From Nymphaea colorata (lineage: Eukaryota): a stretch of DNA of 64,000 bases. How positions within the stretch are numbered: the stretch's first letter is position 1; each line of letters begins with the position of its first letter. The position numbers and the translations under genes were made by a program. Below the pieces are notes generated by a model. It was not told the DNA's origin. It worked only from the letters and a program-made list of their open reading frames with translations, and searched no databases. Of the stretch, positions 12,601 through 25,966 are shown one piece after another. The stretch spans positions 8,432,001 through 8,496,000 of the forward strand of contig NC_045138.2 of NCBI RefSeq assembly GCF_008831285.2, read 5' to 3'.

Positions 12601-13627
12601 CACTAACATTTTCGACGTCTTGCTGAAACCGGAGGGGAGCCCTATGCCTTCAGCCTTCCCAGTTCTGGATTCGTCCTCTCAACTTCTTCAGGGTCAAGAA
12701 GAGGGCGTCGAATGCAGAATTTTGAAATTGCAAGGGGTACTTAAGTGGACAAAGGAGGGACCACCGCCAATGGTGGAGATCTGCCTAAGCCGTTGCTGGC
12801 TTATGCCGGTGTCCTAGGGACGGTGGCTCTTCAAGGACTGATTTGGATTGATGAAGCACCGTGGTGGTAGAGGACGCGAGGGGGAAGAAGACGCCAAGCT
12901 CACGGGTAGAGCAAGGTGGGAGACAAGAAGGAAGAGGGATCTCGAGAGAGGAGAGACAAGAAAAATCGTCAAATGGCTTCTTTACTCAATAATTGTATAA
13001 ACTTTACAAGATCCAAAAAGAATATATACTAGTCCTAGTTTGAGCCGAGTTCACAATCCAAACCCGACTCTCTACCCGACCCAATAATCAATGCGCAAGG
13101 CACAACCCGCCTTGCTAGGTTCCTTATTCGATTCCTAGCATTAACATGAATTCAAGAGTATAAAGCAAACCGGGCCTAGCGCCCAACACTCAAATCAAAG
13201 GGAGAAGTACCTGAGCCTTGCGAGCCCAGGGCGGGGACCTCGTGTGGGTTGCCGCCCACACTTTGGTTAAGGTTCATGGGCTAAGTCTGAGTGACTTAGC
13301 CGATCGCTTAAGACCTTGGGTCTTAGAATGGCTCAAGCGCTAGGGAGATTCGGACTCACGTTTGGGTCGGACTTGACTAACTCGGTGAGCCCTACAACCA
13401 GTTCAGAAACATCTTGAGCCACATCCCGTTCGAGCACCTCTTCGGACCTAGTTGCTCCTCCCACTCCTCCCGCTGCAACTGGTTCTGGTGCTGCCGTAGC
13501 CTCCTTGGGAAACTTCTCAATGAGATGTAGCGACTGAGTCCATAATTCGGAAGCCTTTCTCTTAAGCCGACTGGGTTCGGCCTGCTTAGTCCGTGTTGGG
13601 TCCGGACCTAGTGGCTGGTCCGTGACA
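9664..13627 (-). repeat. 3' LTR of element A (3964 bp)
   Basis: Direct repeat of 19389-22513; abuts the PPT at 13628. Confidence 0.93.
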
Positions 13628-13644
13628 GATTCCCCCTCCCTAAA
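13628..13644 (-). promoter_or_regulatory. Polypurine tract of element A
   Basis: Minus strand TTTAGGGAGGGGGAATC immediately before the LTR start TGTCACGG. Confidence 0.88.
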
Positions 13645-15030
13645 TTGCGCTTGTCCTGGCGCGCTAGAAGAGGGGAAGCGATGAACTATAGACCCAAATT
13701 CTTTCCAAGAAGTACCTCTGTCAGGCCCCTCCCATTCCACTAATACCTCATGTCTCGTCCTACCTTGTCGTTGGACGTATCTATGCTTCAGAATCCGGTA
13801 GGGCGTTGGCAGTTGTTTCGGCACTTGCTCGATGATGGTTGGTACTTCCCCATGATGAGGCTTAAGCCGTGTGACGTGGAACACGAGGTGTACCAATGCT
13901 GCTCTAGGGAGGCCTAACCTGTAGGCCGCCTTTCCTACTTTCTGCAGAACCAGAAATGGGCCATAGTAACGAGGTAGTAGTTTCGAATAGGGCTGACCCA
14001 TCAAAGACCTCTGTTTGAGAGGTAACCTCTTCAGCCATACGTATTCACAAACTTCAAACTCCCGATCTTTCCTGCCTTTAATATAAACCTGCCTCATGCG
14101 GTTCTGCGCCTTAGCAATGTTCTGCTTGAGGGCGTCTAAGACTTCCTCACGGGTGCGCAGTTCACAGTCAACATGGTCGTCCTCTGCTGTGCCTCCTTCA
14201 TACCTTGGGATAGTCGGAGGTGGGAACCCGTATACACCCTCGTAAGGGGTCATGCCCGTGGATGAGTGTTGACTCGTGCTATATGACCATTCAGCCCATG
14301 GTAAGAATTTAACCCAAGTACTTGGCCGTTCTCCCGCGAAGCATCTAAGGTAAGTTTCCAAAGATCGGTTCACTATCTCACTCTGCCCATCTGTTTGTGG
14401 GTGGTGGGCTATACTGAAATTCAGCGTCGTACCCATAAGTTTCGTGTACTCATGCCAGAATGCACATAAGAAAATTGAGTCACGGTCGTATACGACTGAC
14501 TGTGGCATTCCGTGGAGTTTTTCCATGTATTCCTGGTACATGCTGGCCACTAACGGGCCCTGGTAAGACCTCGGCAAGGGGGCGAAGTGGCTATACTTCG
14601 TAAGCCGATCGACTACCACCAACACTGCCTCCTTTCCTTCAGATCAAGGCATGGCGTCTATGAAGTATATAGTCACATCGGTCCACGGTTTGGTGGGTAT
14701 GGGGAGATGATTCAAGTGCCCCGAAGGCTTGATTGCCTCATATTTCTCTCTCTGACAGACCACACACTGCTTTACGTGTTGTTGCACTTCCGCTTTCATT
14801 CCTTGCCACCAAAACTGGGCTTTTATCCTGCTAAGGGTTTTTGAAACCCCCTCATGACCTGCGGCTGGGGTGTCATGGAAATGCTGCAAGAGTTCTTGCT
14901 TAAGCCCAGACTTAGGAGGAATCACTGCACAACTCTTCCTAAACAAGATATTCCCTCTGACCATGTACAAAGGGATGGAACCGGGGTTCTGCGTTACTGA
15001 CGCGCGGATTAGCCTCAAAGACTGGTCTTC

Positions 15031-15286
15031 TCTAAAATACCATTTCTTCATTCATCTCGGATCCGCCCAAAATGGCATTTTATTTGCTCCTAGATATGTT
15101 ATATGTAATTCCTTCCTGTTCCTTAAAATGTTGGCACACGCAAGGCAACACTGCATTCAATCTATTTCTTTATCTCCCCGTGAATCGTATGTTTGTAACA
15201 ATAGGGACAGAATTTCTTCAATTCCAATCGACCAGGTGTATTGTGTCGATTCTTTTGAGTAATATATCTGGAAATGCCCGGTGATT
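15031..15286 (-). other. rpl33: Plastid DNA insertion (NUPT): 3' half of rpl33 plus downstream spacer
   Basis: Minus strand 15284-15162 translates [40 protein letters not shown], the C-terminus of plastid Rpl33. It interrupts the RH-IN linker, which is continuous in element D. Confidence 0.9.
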
Positions 15287-18200
15287 TGCTGTTCCTGAGC
15301 TAACCGTACTCAAATGTCCGTTTCCACCACAAAAAGTGTCATGAATTGCTCGGTCAAGCGGGAAAGAGAGTCTGCCGCTGTATTATCCAGACCCTTTTTA
15401 TACTCAATCTCAAAGTCGTATCCTAGCAGCTTGGCCGGCCAACGCTGTAGGGTAGGTGTGGATACCCTCTGTTTGAGCATGTACTTTAGTGAGTTCTGGT
15501 CCGTCTTTACCACAAACTTGCGTCCTATAAGGTAAGGCCGCCATTTCTCGACCGCCAAGACTATCGCTAAGAGCTCTTTCTCATATGTAGAAAGAGGCTT
15601 CACCCTATTGGTTAGGGCCTTCGACATGTACGCGATTGGGTGGTCCTCTTGGCTGAGAACGGCCCCGATTCCTACATCACAAGCGTCGGTCTCGATGGTA
15701 AACTGCTTGCTGAAATCTGGAAGTGTAAGAACGGGCGTTGACATAAGGGCCGCTTTGAGTTTCTCAAAGGCCGCCCTAGCCTTATCTGACCACTGAAAGG
15801 CTCCATTCTTCAACATCTGGGTTAAGGGTTGAGCTATTAATCCATAACCCTGGATGAATCTTCTGTAGTATCCGGTGAGGCCAAGAAATCCTCTGAGTCC
15901 TTTCAGGTCCTTGGGCAGAGGCCATTTCTGCATGGCTTCCAATTTTTTGGGGTCTGCCCGAACCCCTTGTTGGCACACTATGTGCCCTAGATAACCAATG
16001 GCCGGTTGTCCAAAGCTACATTTGGATCTCTTTGCATACAATTGGTTATCTCTTAACACTTGAAGAGCGATAGCAAGGTGTTGCTCGTGCAGTTCCTCCG
16101 ACTGGCTATAAATCAAAATCTCGTCAAAAAGACCAAAATAAAATCTCGGAGGTACTGGCGGAAGACGTCGTTCATACACCTTTGAAATGTGGCCGGTGCG
16201 TTGGTAAGGCCAAAGGGCATAACTAGAAGTTCGTAGTGCCCATCATGCGTCATGAATGCTGTTTTGGGGACATCATCTTTGCACATTCTTATTTGATTGT
16301 AGCCGGCCCTCAAGTCTATCTTGAAGAATATAGTAGCTCCGGCCAACTCATCCAACAACTCATCGATGACAGGTATGGGGTGCCTGTCTTTCACGGTGGC
16401 TTCATTCAGGGCACGATAGTCAACACAAAAGCGCCCTATGTTATCTTTCTTCTTCACTAGTAGGACCGGGGAAGAAAAAGGGCTGCTGCTCGTTTGTACT
16501 ATGCCACTCTCTAGCATCTCCTTAACCAGACGCTCTATCTCAGCCTTCTGGTTGTACCCATACCGGTAGGGGCGCACGTTGATGGGTTCGCCCCCTTGTG
16601 TCATGACGATGCGATGGTCGTATGACCTTTGTGGAGGAAGTCCCTTAGGCTCTTCGAATAAGTCCTCAAAGCGGTCAAGCACCAACTGAATTCGTTCTGG
16701 CACTATTTATTCATGCTTTTCCTTTACTGGCACATCTGTAGCTAGTGCCATTACCCAACACGCTGGTTGTTCTGCCTCTATAGCTCGTAAGGCAGCCTTG
16801 GGACGAGTGGTGCTCGTCAATCCCTGTAGAGTCATCGACTCTGTCTCGCCGTCGGGTGTGAAGGTCATGCTGAAATTCTTCACGTCCCAAGAAATGATGC
16901 CCAATGTAAAGAACCATGGCATACCAAGAATAAGATCAACTCCGTCCAAGGGAATGACCCAGAAGTCGATCTTGAAGGGTTTTTTTTTTATCACTACCTC
17001 CATGTCCTTCCCTTCATTGAGGCATTTCAGCCTCAGACCCTCTCCCACGATTATAGTTTGGGGTTGGCTGGACTCGAGGGAGACGTTGCATTTCTTTGCT
17101 GCTTCCTCGGTTAGGAAGTTCCTAGTCGCCCCATTGTCCAGCAGTATCAACACCTACTTGCCATTAATTCGCCCAAACACTCTAAAAGAATTGGGTTTGT
17201 TGGGGTCTTGCATGGAGTGGAGAGACTCAGCCTCAGGAGGTTTTTCATCTTTTGTTGGAGTCTCTTCCTTTTCCTTTTCCTTTTTCTCGGTTTTCCTAGC
17301 TCTTCTCTTTGAAATAACTTCCTCTTCAGAAGAGGACGAGCTGGAATCATACGGCTCACTAGTAGACGAGTCGCTGTTTGTACAAGAGCTAGTTTCCACA
17401 TCGCTGATCACTTGTACCCTGAAATAGGATGGGCACTTGTGATACTTGTCCCATTTGCCTTCACACCTGTAGCACAAACCCTTCGGTCTGTACTCCTCGA
17501 TTTGCTGAGGTGTGAGGTAGCGTAGGGGCGGTTTTCGGCCCTGCCCTTGGTTGGGATTTTGATAGGGCCGTGGTTCGCTCCCCTTTCTGTAGGGAGCTAT
17601 CTCCTTCCTGTTATTACGAGAACCAGAGGGGAAGGAGTTCCTCTTCCTCTGTTTGTCAAATTTGTGAGCCTTCTTCTCGGCTCTTCTCTCCTCGATTCTT
17701 TCCTCATATAATCGGGCCATGGCAATGCACTCTTCTAATCTTTCAAAACGGTGAACTTCATTTCCCGCTTGATGTCACTACGAAGGCCTCCTTTGAAAGC
17801 ACCGATGAGGGCCTTTTCTGGCCATCTAACCATGCTAGCTAGGTGCTCAAATTGCCGTTTGTAAGCGGGCACGGTGGTGGTCTGGACTAGATTCTTTAGG
17901 TCCTCATCGTAGTCAATAAATGTAGAGTCTCCAAACTGTAATTGAAGATTGGCTTTATACTTGTCCCAAGTTGGATCGGCCGTGTTGTGGTCAAACCACA
18001 AGTAATGTGTCGTGACCTCTCCTGTCATATTAGCCGTAGCTATCTCAATCCACTCATCTTCTGGGACGTGGTGACACAGAAAATAACGCTCTGTCATAAA
18101 GAGCCATTCACGCAGGTGTTCCCCATTGAATTTAGGGAACTCGTAACGGACGGATGGAGTCCGCCTCTCTTCCTGCCGAGGTTGGAATCTCTGACCTCTC

Positions 18201-19374
18201 CTTTGACGAGCTGGGGACTCGTCTTGCTCCCCTTCTGAATCTAAATCAGCTCGGTTCTGGCTGCAATGGGCGAACCTTTGTGCGCGGGGAGTTCTATCTC
18301 CATAGGCATCATGTTGATGCCTATCTTGCGGGGGACCCATGGTGTTTCTTCAGCCCCCTTTTGTACTCGTCCCAATATGTGAAATGTTATTGGGATCGAC
18401 CTCAGTGTCGGTTTGATAATTCGGTGGAACTAACAAACCTTTGCCCTTGTCGGGTCTTGTATTCAGGCCCTAAGTGGCCATTTCACCTCCTTGTTGTTGA
18501 TTTGTGGTAAGGACCCTGAACATGGCTCTAAATTCATCCATTTCTTTTTGGTGGTCCTTCCTCATCTCAGCTATATCTTTTTGGAGGTCGCCAAACTGCC
18601 TATCCATCTCTCTTCGATGATGGTTTTCGGCCTTATCCATGTCGCTTCGTAATTGACCGAATTCCGTTTCAAGGTTCCCCAGTCGGTCAATTGCTTGATC
18701 GGGTAACTCCGTGGCAGTCACCCTGTGTAGCGCCTCTTGAGGATCCAAGGTGGTTTCCTCAAGAACTGGCTCGTCCAGATTTAGGTTCTTCTTGGACTTG
18801 GCCATGCTAAGGGCTTGGGCCGACAATCGCCAAGGATGCACAACTACGCTGACAACTGTCCTAACTACGAAAATCCAAAATCTGCTACACTGCCACTCTT
18901 AAAAACTAGAGTCCAAATGCTAACTACTGCCACTCTCAAAAACTGCCTAACTGACCATGCTGTCGCTGCCTCTGCTACTACAAGCGAGATCTAAGGCGAG
19001 GGAGACGGGTTGGCCCGCCTAATGCCGCACTTTGCCTAAGTGCCTCGGCAATCACACTTCGCTTTCGGCCGGGCTCTAAGAGCCTAAATCACCGCACCCT
19101 CTTGGTGCCTCGGTGACGCAGCTCAAGCTCGACTGCCCTCAGGTGTACAAGGCGTACAGCCCTACACTTGCCAAAAGTGGGAAAGCGAAGCCCTAGACTA
19201 CGCAATATACGGAAGCCGTGGGGACTCTGAAGACCTAACTGTCTACTAAATCAAACTGCTAACCGAAGACAACTGCTAAAACCAGAAATCCGAAAGAAAT
19301 CCGCTGACACTGCCCGTTGATGCTGAATACGCGTAGGTCCAAGTGCTCAAACTGGCGGATGTTCCTCAAGATTT

Positions 19375-19386
19375 GCTCTGATACCA
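19375..19386 (-). promoter_or_regulatory. Primer-binding site (tRNA-iMet), element A
   Basis: Minus strand TGGTATCAGAGC, 2 nt from the LTR end. Confidence 0.95.
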
Positions 19387-19388
19387 AT

Positions 19389-22300
19389 TGTTAGGAGCGA
19401 GTAGAAAAGCCCGAACCAATGCGATCCTAGCTTCCCAGGACCTTCTTGAGGCCTATTCTAAAAACCGAAAATCCTAAACAATTAAATACAAGAGACTACC
19501 TTGCCGGACAGGACTCCGGCGCAAACCCAAATAGGTAGGAAGTACACGAGCAGGTAACCCTTTCCCAAATGCCTATCTAAGGTCAACCTACTACAATAAA
19601 CTAATAGGGACGAAAAGGCCTTACAATTCGCGAGCGATACAATTGATACACTCTCAACTCACTCACAAACCAAGCAAACCATGCTAACGTCCAAACCACG
19701 CCCAACAAAAGCTAATAGGTGGTCGGCTCCTTGTAGTCGTGTCTCGGGCAGAGTGCTATCAATGTACCACAGTGAGGAGCAAGGCCGAAGCCTGGGTTAA
19801 AGCAGTAAAAGGGAAAATAAACTACTATGCTCCCTAAAAACAAAAGCAAAACCCTTCCCGATGCTACAAGGGGGAAGAGGAAGATACCGGCCAAGGGATA
19901 TCCTTGGCGTAGCCGGACAGGTGACCCGGGGTGAGAACCAGCCCCGGAGTATTGTAGCTTACGGTTCTGGAAGACATGCTGAGGAGAGCCTCCACGTAGC
20001 CAGCTGTTCAAGTGAGGACTGCCGGCGGGAAGGCCTCAGAAAAGGCCGAGGAGCTGCCGCTGGCTGCTGGGCGCTGCGCCTGCGTAGCTGCTTGTTGTCT
20101 GGCGCTCGGGTGGTGCAGGGCGTCTGGGTTGACCTGCAGGATCCGAACGATGTGGCGCCTGGTCGTGGCCTGAAGGGCCGCCTGAGGTGCTGAGGGGGGC
20201 TGTTGTCTAGGCGACAGCGCCTACCTGCCTGTCTCCGCTTGGTGGCTCGGCCACGCGCATCGGGCTGATGCCGACGGAGGATAAGCGGCCGAGGAAAGGG
20301 CGGGAAGTATCCAGCATGACCTAGACCTAACTAAGGCTGGGGCTGGCTTGGTTCGACAGGGCTCTAACGGTGGCTTGATCTAGTCAAGACGGCTCGGGCT
20401 GGGGTAGGCTAAGGAGTCACATGGGCTAGGGCGCGGAAAGGGTAACCTAGCTACAGGGTGAGCCTGCTTGGTTTGGTTTGGGTTGAGCCTAAGCTCACGG
20501 GTAAGTGGTCTCCGTTGACCCAATGGGGTAGAGGGTTGACTAAAAGGGGGGTTGACTACTGGACCTTGCTTAGTGGGTCTGGGTCAAGTGGGTCAAGGGG
20601 TCACTCGAGGTAGGCTCGAGCCAACTAGGGTAGCTTGAGAAGGAAATGGGCTCGGTACGTTCAATGCTTCCTAAATTCGTCTAAGGCAAGGAGGGGAGTG
20701 GCGGGTTAGAACAAGGGCGAGAAGAAATGAGTTGCCTAAGTGAGGTGGCGGCGCAAGAGGGTACCTAGGTAGGTGGGGTAGGGCTTGGCTGGTGTTGCCA
20801 AGTGGAGGCACCGGATTCTTGCCACGTGGCAAGATGGAGGAACACGACAGAAGACGCTAGAGATGCTTCTAGCGATAAGGAGAGGGTGAGATTTCCTTCC
20901 TAAGCGATAGGGAAGAAATCACAAGGAATCAAGAGAAATTCGGGAGGGGGATTCCGAATTTCCTCTCAATGTCACTCGAGATCCCTCGGGCTCTAGGATT
21001 GGGACACGTGTAGAAGATGTGAGGTGGGTATTGGCTGCGGATTTGGCGAGAGGGCTGTGGATTGGTGGGTGGCTACAAAGATGGGAAGGAGGTGAGGTGG
21101 CGCTGATGGTTTCCTAAAACGGAGGAAGGGAAAGCGCGTGAAGGGGAGAGGCTTACCACGTGGAGCTGACTTTCAACCTCGAATCAAGGTCAGAGCATTC
21201 ACTTTTTATTCTTTTTTGGCTACTGGTCTGAGATCTACAGGGAAGAAACCGAGCCTCTAGATATTGATTTTTATGGCTCTTTTTTCGTTAAAACAGAACC
21301 AAATCTACTACGATTAATCCAAATGATAGACCAAGTGCGCCGGGACGTGTAAGGGTAGATCTAGGCACGTTTTCACCGTAGATCCCAGCCCTACTCTCGG
21401 GTATGCCGAGGGAAGAACTTCAGACTGATGAATCTATGCCTAGATGGAACCCAACACCACTCTCGTCGCACGAAGGAGGATAAAGTGCACTAACCTTTTC
21501 GACGTCTTGCTGAAACCGGAGGGGAGCCCTACGCCTTCAGCCTTCTCAGTTCTGGATTCGTCCTCTCAACTTCTTCAGGGTCAAGAAGAGGGCGTCGAAT
21601 GCAGAATTTTGAAATTGCAAGGGGTACTTACGTGGACAAAGGAGGGACCGCAGCCAATGGTGGAGATCCGCCTAAGCCGTTGCTGCCTTATGTCGGTGTC
21701 CTAGGGACGGTGGCTCTTCAAGGACTGATTTGGATTGATGAAGCGCCGTGTTGGTAGAGGACGTGAGGGGGAAGAAGACGCCAAGCTCACGGGTAGAGCA
21801 AGGTGGGAGACGAGAAGGAAGAGGGACCTCGAGAGAGGAGAGACAAGAAAAATCGCCAAATGGCTTCTTTACTCAATAATTGCATAAACTTTACAAGATC
21901 CAAAAAGAATATATACAAGTCCTAGTTTGAGCCGAGTTCACAATCCAAACCCGACTCTCTATCCGACCCAATAATCGCGCGCAAGGCACAGCCCGCCTTG
22001 CTAGGTTCCTTATTCGATTCCTAGCGTTAACATGAATTCAAGAGTATAAAGCAAACCGGGCCTAGCGCCCAACACTCAAATCAAAGGGAGAAGTCCCTGA
22101 GCCTTGCGAGCCCAGGGCGGGGACCTCGTGTGGGTTTTCGCCCACACTTCGGTTAAGGTTCATGGACTAAGTCTGAGTGACTTAGCCGATCGCTTAAGAC
22201 CTTGGTTCTTAGAATGGCTCAAGGGCTAGGGAGATTCGGACTCACGTTTGGGTCGGACTTGACTAACTCGGTGAGCCCTACAACTAGTTCAGAAACATCT

Positions 22301-22513
22301 TGAGCCACATCCCGTTCGAGCACCTCTTCGAACCTAGTTGCTCCTCCCACTCCTCCCGCTGCAACTGGTTCTGGTGCTGCCGTAGCCTCCTCGGGAAACT
22401 TCTCAATGAGATGTAGCGGCTGAGTCCATAATTCGGAAGCCTTTCTCTTAAGCCGACTGGGTTCGGCCTGCTCAGTCCGTGTTGGGTCCGGACCTAGTGG
22501 CTGGTTCGTAACA
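19389..22513 (-). repeat. 5' LTR of element A (3125 bp, internally deleted)
   Basis: Repeat of 9664-13627 lacking segments of about 616, 190, 30 and 11 bp. Confidence 0.93.
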
Positions 22514-25500
22514 TAGGCCAAGACCCGTCCTAAAAGCTAGGATCTCCAAGTTGAGCCTAGTTGAATACCGATACCTAAGTAGATCAACTACAACTTTCTA
22601 CCTGGCCGGACAGGTACTCCGGCGCAAATCGCTTAGGTCAGTGATAAAAGAGAGGGTTTCCCAAAACCAGGTAAAGGCTTTACAGAAACTACAGGTAAAG
22701 GCTTTACAACCGTGAACGATTACAACAAGACTTTCACAACTCACTCAGCAATCACACACATACACATTCACAAACCACGACTAACAAAGCAAACCACACC
22801 CAGAAACCCAGTAGGTGGCTGGCTACCCTGCAGTTGTGTCTTTGGCCTTAGGTCTCCGAGGAACCGCACGGGGAGACAGTGGCTTGCACCGACTAAAGCA
22901 GTAAATACAAAATAATGAAACAAACAATTGCCCGCCCCGATATCTACAAGGGGGAAGGAGAGAGTTACCGACCTAGAGAGAGACTAGGCAAAACAGCAAG
23001 TGACTCCAAGGGAATACCAGTGGCAAGCCACTCCCTGAAGTATCTCAGCTACGGATGAAGAGGAAGTGAGGAGCATGGTCCGCTTGACCGCTCGGATGAG
23101 AGTGAAGAGGTGAGAAGAGCGCTCGGCCCGCCTGGCCGAGGAATGGAGAAGATTGCGGAAGCGAAGACGAACCCGGCCCGCCTAGCCGAGAGAGGAGGAA
23201 GATGGACTTGGCCCGCTTGGCCGAGCTGTGCCGAAGTTGGCAAGAAGGCGTCGGCCTCGCGCAAGCTCTAGAGTGGGTGCTGTCGAGTGGTACACTTGCC
23301 TTGCGAGAAGGGGACTGCTGTCGGCGCAAGAGAGAGGCCGAAGCGAGAGAGAGCAGCCGTGAGTTAGGACAAGCATGGTGAGGACTCACGCTGCTTGGCT
23401 CGACCCGCCTGACCGAGCGTTGGCGACGAAGGCTGACGATTGGCGGCCCACCTGGCCGCGTGACTTGCTAGGCGACGACTGCCTAGGGACGCGACTTCGG
23501 TTAACCCTACGCCAGACTCAAGTGAGGTTAAGGTTCGGACAAGGTTAGACTTGACTCGATAGAAGTAGGTGGACTAGGTCGAGGGGTTAGGTTGGGTCCA
23601 ATTAAATTGAACCTGGGTTAGGTTTGACTGAGTTAGGTTGACTAGGTTCGGACCAACTAGAGGTAGGCTAGGTCTGAATAAGTTGACCACGATAGTTGAC
23701 TTAGGATTTGACTCGATGACTAGGGTTGACCTATGCGGGGTCCAGAAAAGGATACGAATTAGGAAAGTGAGGCTAAGGGGAACGACGGCTAATGGATGAC
23801 GCGGTTGGACGTTTCCTAATTGATTACGACTTGATTGAGGTAAGACGGGTAAGGTAAGTAATGGCAGTCAAGGTCACGCAGCACTAATGTCAAGTGCCGT
23901 TGTCCTTGCGACCGTTATGGAAGGTAGAGGCGCCAAGGTAGCGCCGGTTACCAAATTGAGAAGACGCGTGGAGAATAGGATGACGCGTGACAATTATGGT
24001 AGGTAGTGAGGGGAGGCTAAGGCACACAAGGACTGCGCCGGTTTAGGAAAGACTAGTAACACGCAATTAAGGAATAGCGCGTTACGGATATGGAAGGTGA
24101 GAGTGGCGCTAGAGAATGCGCCGAGAGATTGGGAAGATGACCGTTAAGGAAAGGCACCCACGCGGCCGATTGCTACTATTATGGCAAGTAGGAATGGCTG
24201 GCGGCTGAGCTTACCAAAACGAACAAGGGGGAGGTTGATGCGGACCTTCCTAACGTGCGACACCCACTTTAATTCAGGCAACGCCCAAATAGGAAAAATG
24301 CGTCAAGGGATTAATTGCGATAGATGGGTAAAGGAGGATAACAAGTAGCGGTTACCAAACGAGGGACTTGGTGCGCTCGTTAGGGAAAGTAGCGAATATG
24401 GCAGGGGTATCTCGCAACCTAGCTAGGAAGCTAGATGCGCGACACATGGCCACACGAACGGACAAGATTTCAAGGAAAGCAAGGAACGGACTTACCCTAG
24501 ATCGCTATAGAGAAACGACTAAGGCAAGGATGAGAAGAATGCCGGCGGCTAAGAAACTTGTCCTTAACGCCGACAAGGACTTGAACTGAATTACCCTAGG
24601 CACGAAATTAATACAGAATAATATACTAACTCGAGGCAAGGGTACTTCGGAAAAGAATACTCTGACGAGGTTCGAAGATCGGAATTCCACCCACGGCGAC
24701 GGAATGGGGGTAGAGTCCGGCCGTGCGTTGGAGCTCCCACGAAGGTACTCCGATCACCAAAACTTAGCGAAGTGGAGGGGGAAAATCCGGGAAGACCCTT
24801 GTGTATGGATTTGACACAAGACTCAAGCCCGAGATAGAGAGAAAGACGAACGATAGCTGACTGATTTCCAACGGCTCAAGAAGACCAATCCAAGAACTAG
24901 CCTGCGGACTAATCTCCTCTTCTTCACGAATTCGGACGCCCAACTAGTGGACAAGCCCGAGCTCCGTTTGGCCATGAAAGAGGGAAGACTCGAGGAAGAA
25001 AACAGAGATTTTCAGCCGGTGATCCTAGACGAATCTCTCGGTATTGCCGAGGAATCCCCCTAGGCCGAAGGCCTTGAATCGAATTTAACTTCTCAACTAA
25101 TCTAACCCAAAAACTAAACCGTGGGAGGGGTACTTGCCTTCTCACGGCTGGGAATCCGATATTCAGATTTCTTCTTTGATTTGAGCCGACGTCAATACTT
25201 TTCTTCGACATCTTGGAAGGATGTTCGCGAGATCACACAGGCCTCAAATCTACCGTCTGGTTTGGGTAGATTGCACCGTCGTCGCATGATCTCTGCCCTT
25301 GGGGTACTTGCGGGGAAGAAGAATCCGAGATCTAGGGGAAACCACTGGTGCTCCTACCATTGAAACTCCTTGAACACGACTTTGGGGAGAAGTTGCTAGC
25401 AAGGTTGAGAAGAAGAATAGCTCTCGTGGAACCTTTGCTTGTGCGAATCCGTCGATCAGCACATGGGATAGACGAACTTCTTGATTGGCATCAAGAAGGT

Positions 25501-25966
25501 GTTAGGCGTGAGAGATGAAGGCAATTTTCACAAGATGGCGAGAGAGAACAAGACGATAGGGAGAAGGAGAGTGTGATGCTCTGAATTTCTGAAATTCTCT
25601 TTCTTCACTATTCAAAAGCATACAAAGTACAATGCACTAAAACACTTTATACTAACACTTGTGGAGCGGGTCCTAAGTGCTTGACCCGTCCACGACTCCA
25701 AATCCAAAGTACTTAAAGCAAAGCGAGACTAACAGTCCCACGAGTTCAAACATAAAAAACAAACACGGTAAATAGAGTTTTTGGCCTTGCCGCTAGGCTT
25801 GGCCCGCTTAACCTACCTAGGCTCGGTGCTAGGCTCACTCGTGACCTGGTTATGGACTAGACTCTTGGCCTATGAGATCTAAAGTCGGAATTAAGTCCTC
25901 TTAACCTTATGCCTCTGACCTCTGACTTCCATGTCTAGCCCTTGGTGCTCCGCCCTCAATAGCACC

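Larger units (their letters stand above)
13333..18805 (-). pseudogene. gag-pol of element A (frameshifted, with internal stops)
   Basis: Gag (FPKFNGE..WL...ERYF; GLCYRC..KW...HKC), protease (LLDNGATRNF), RT ([35 protein letters not shown]), RNase H (ETDACDVGIGAVL; YEKELLA), integrase (AGHEGV..CVVCQ; HPQTDGQSEIVN; YYGPF) and a chromodomain-like segment (PYRILKHR...VLVEWEG....SW). Confidence 0.93.
9664..22513 (-). mobile_element. Full-length decayed Ty3/Gypsy chromovirus (Reina-like), family A, 12.85 kb
   Basis: TSD TAGGC (9659-9663 / 22514-22518); two TG..CA LTRs; iMet PBS; PPT; domain order gag-PR-RT-RH-IN-chromodomain. Confidence 0.95.

Noticed and set aside
12557..12817. Duplicated 86-aa ORF (also 21444-21704)
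   Set aside because: Antisense, and duplicated only because it lies in both LTRs.
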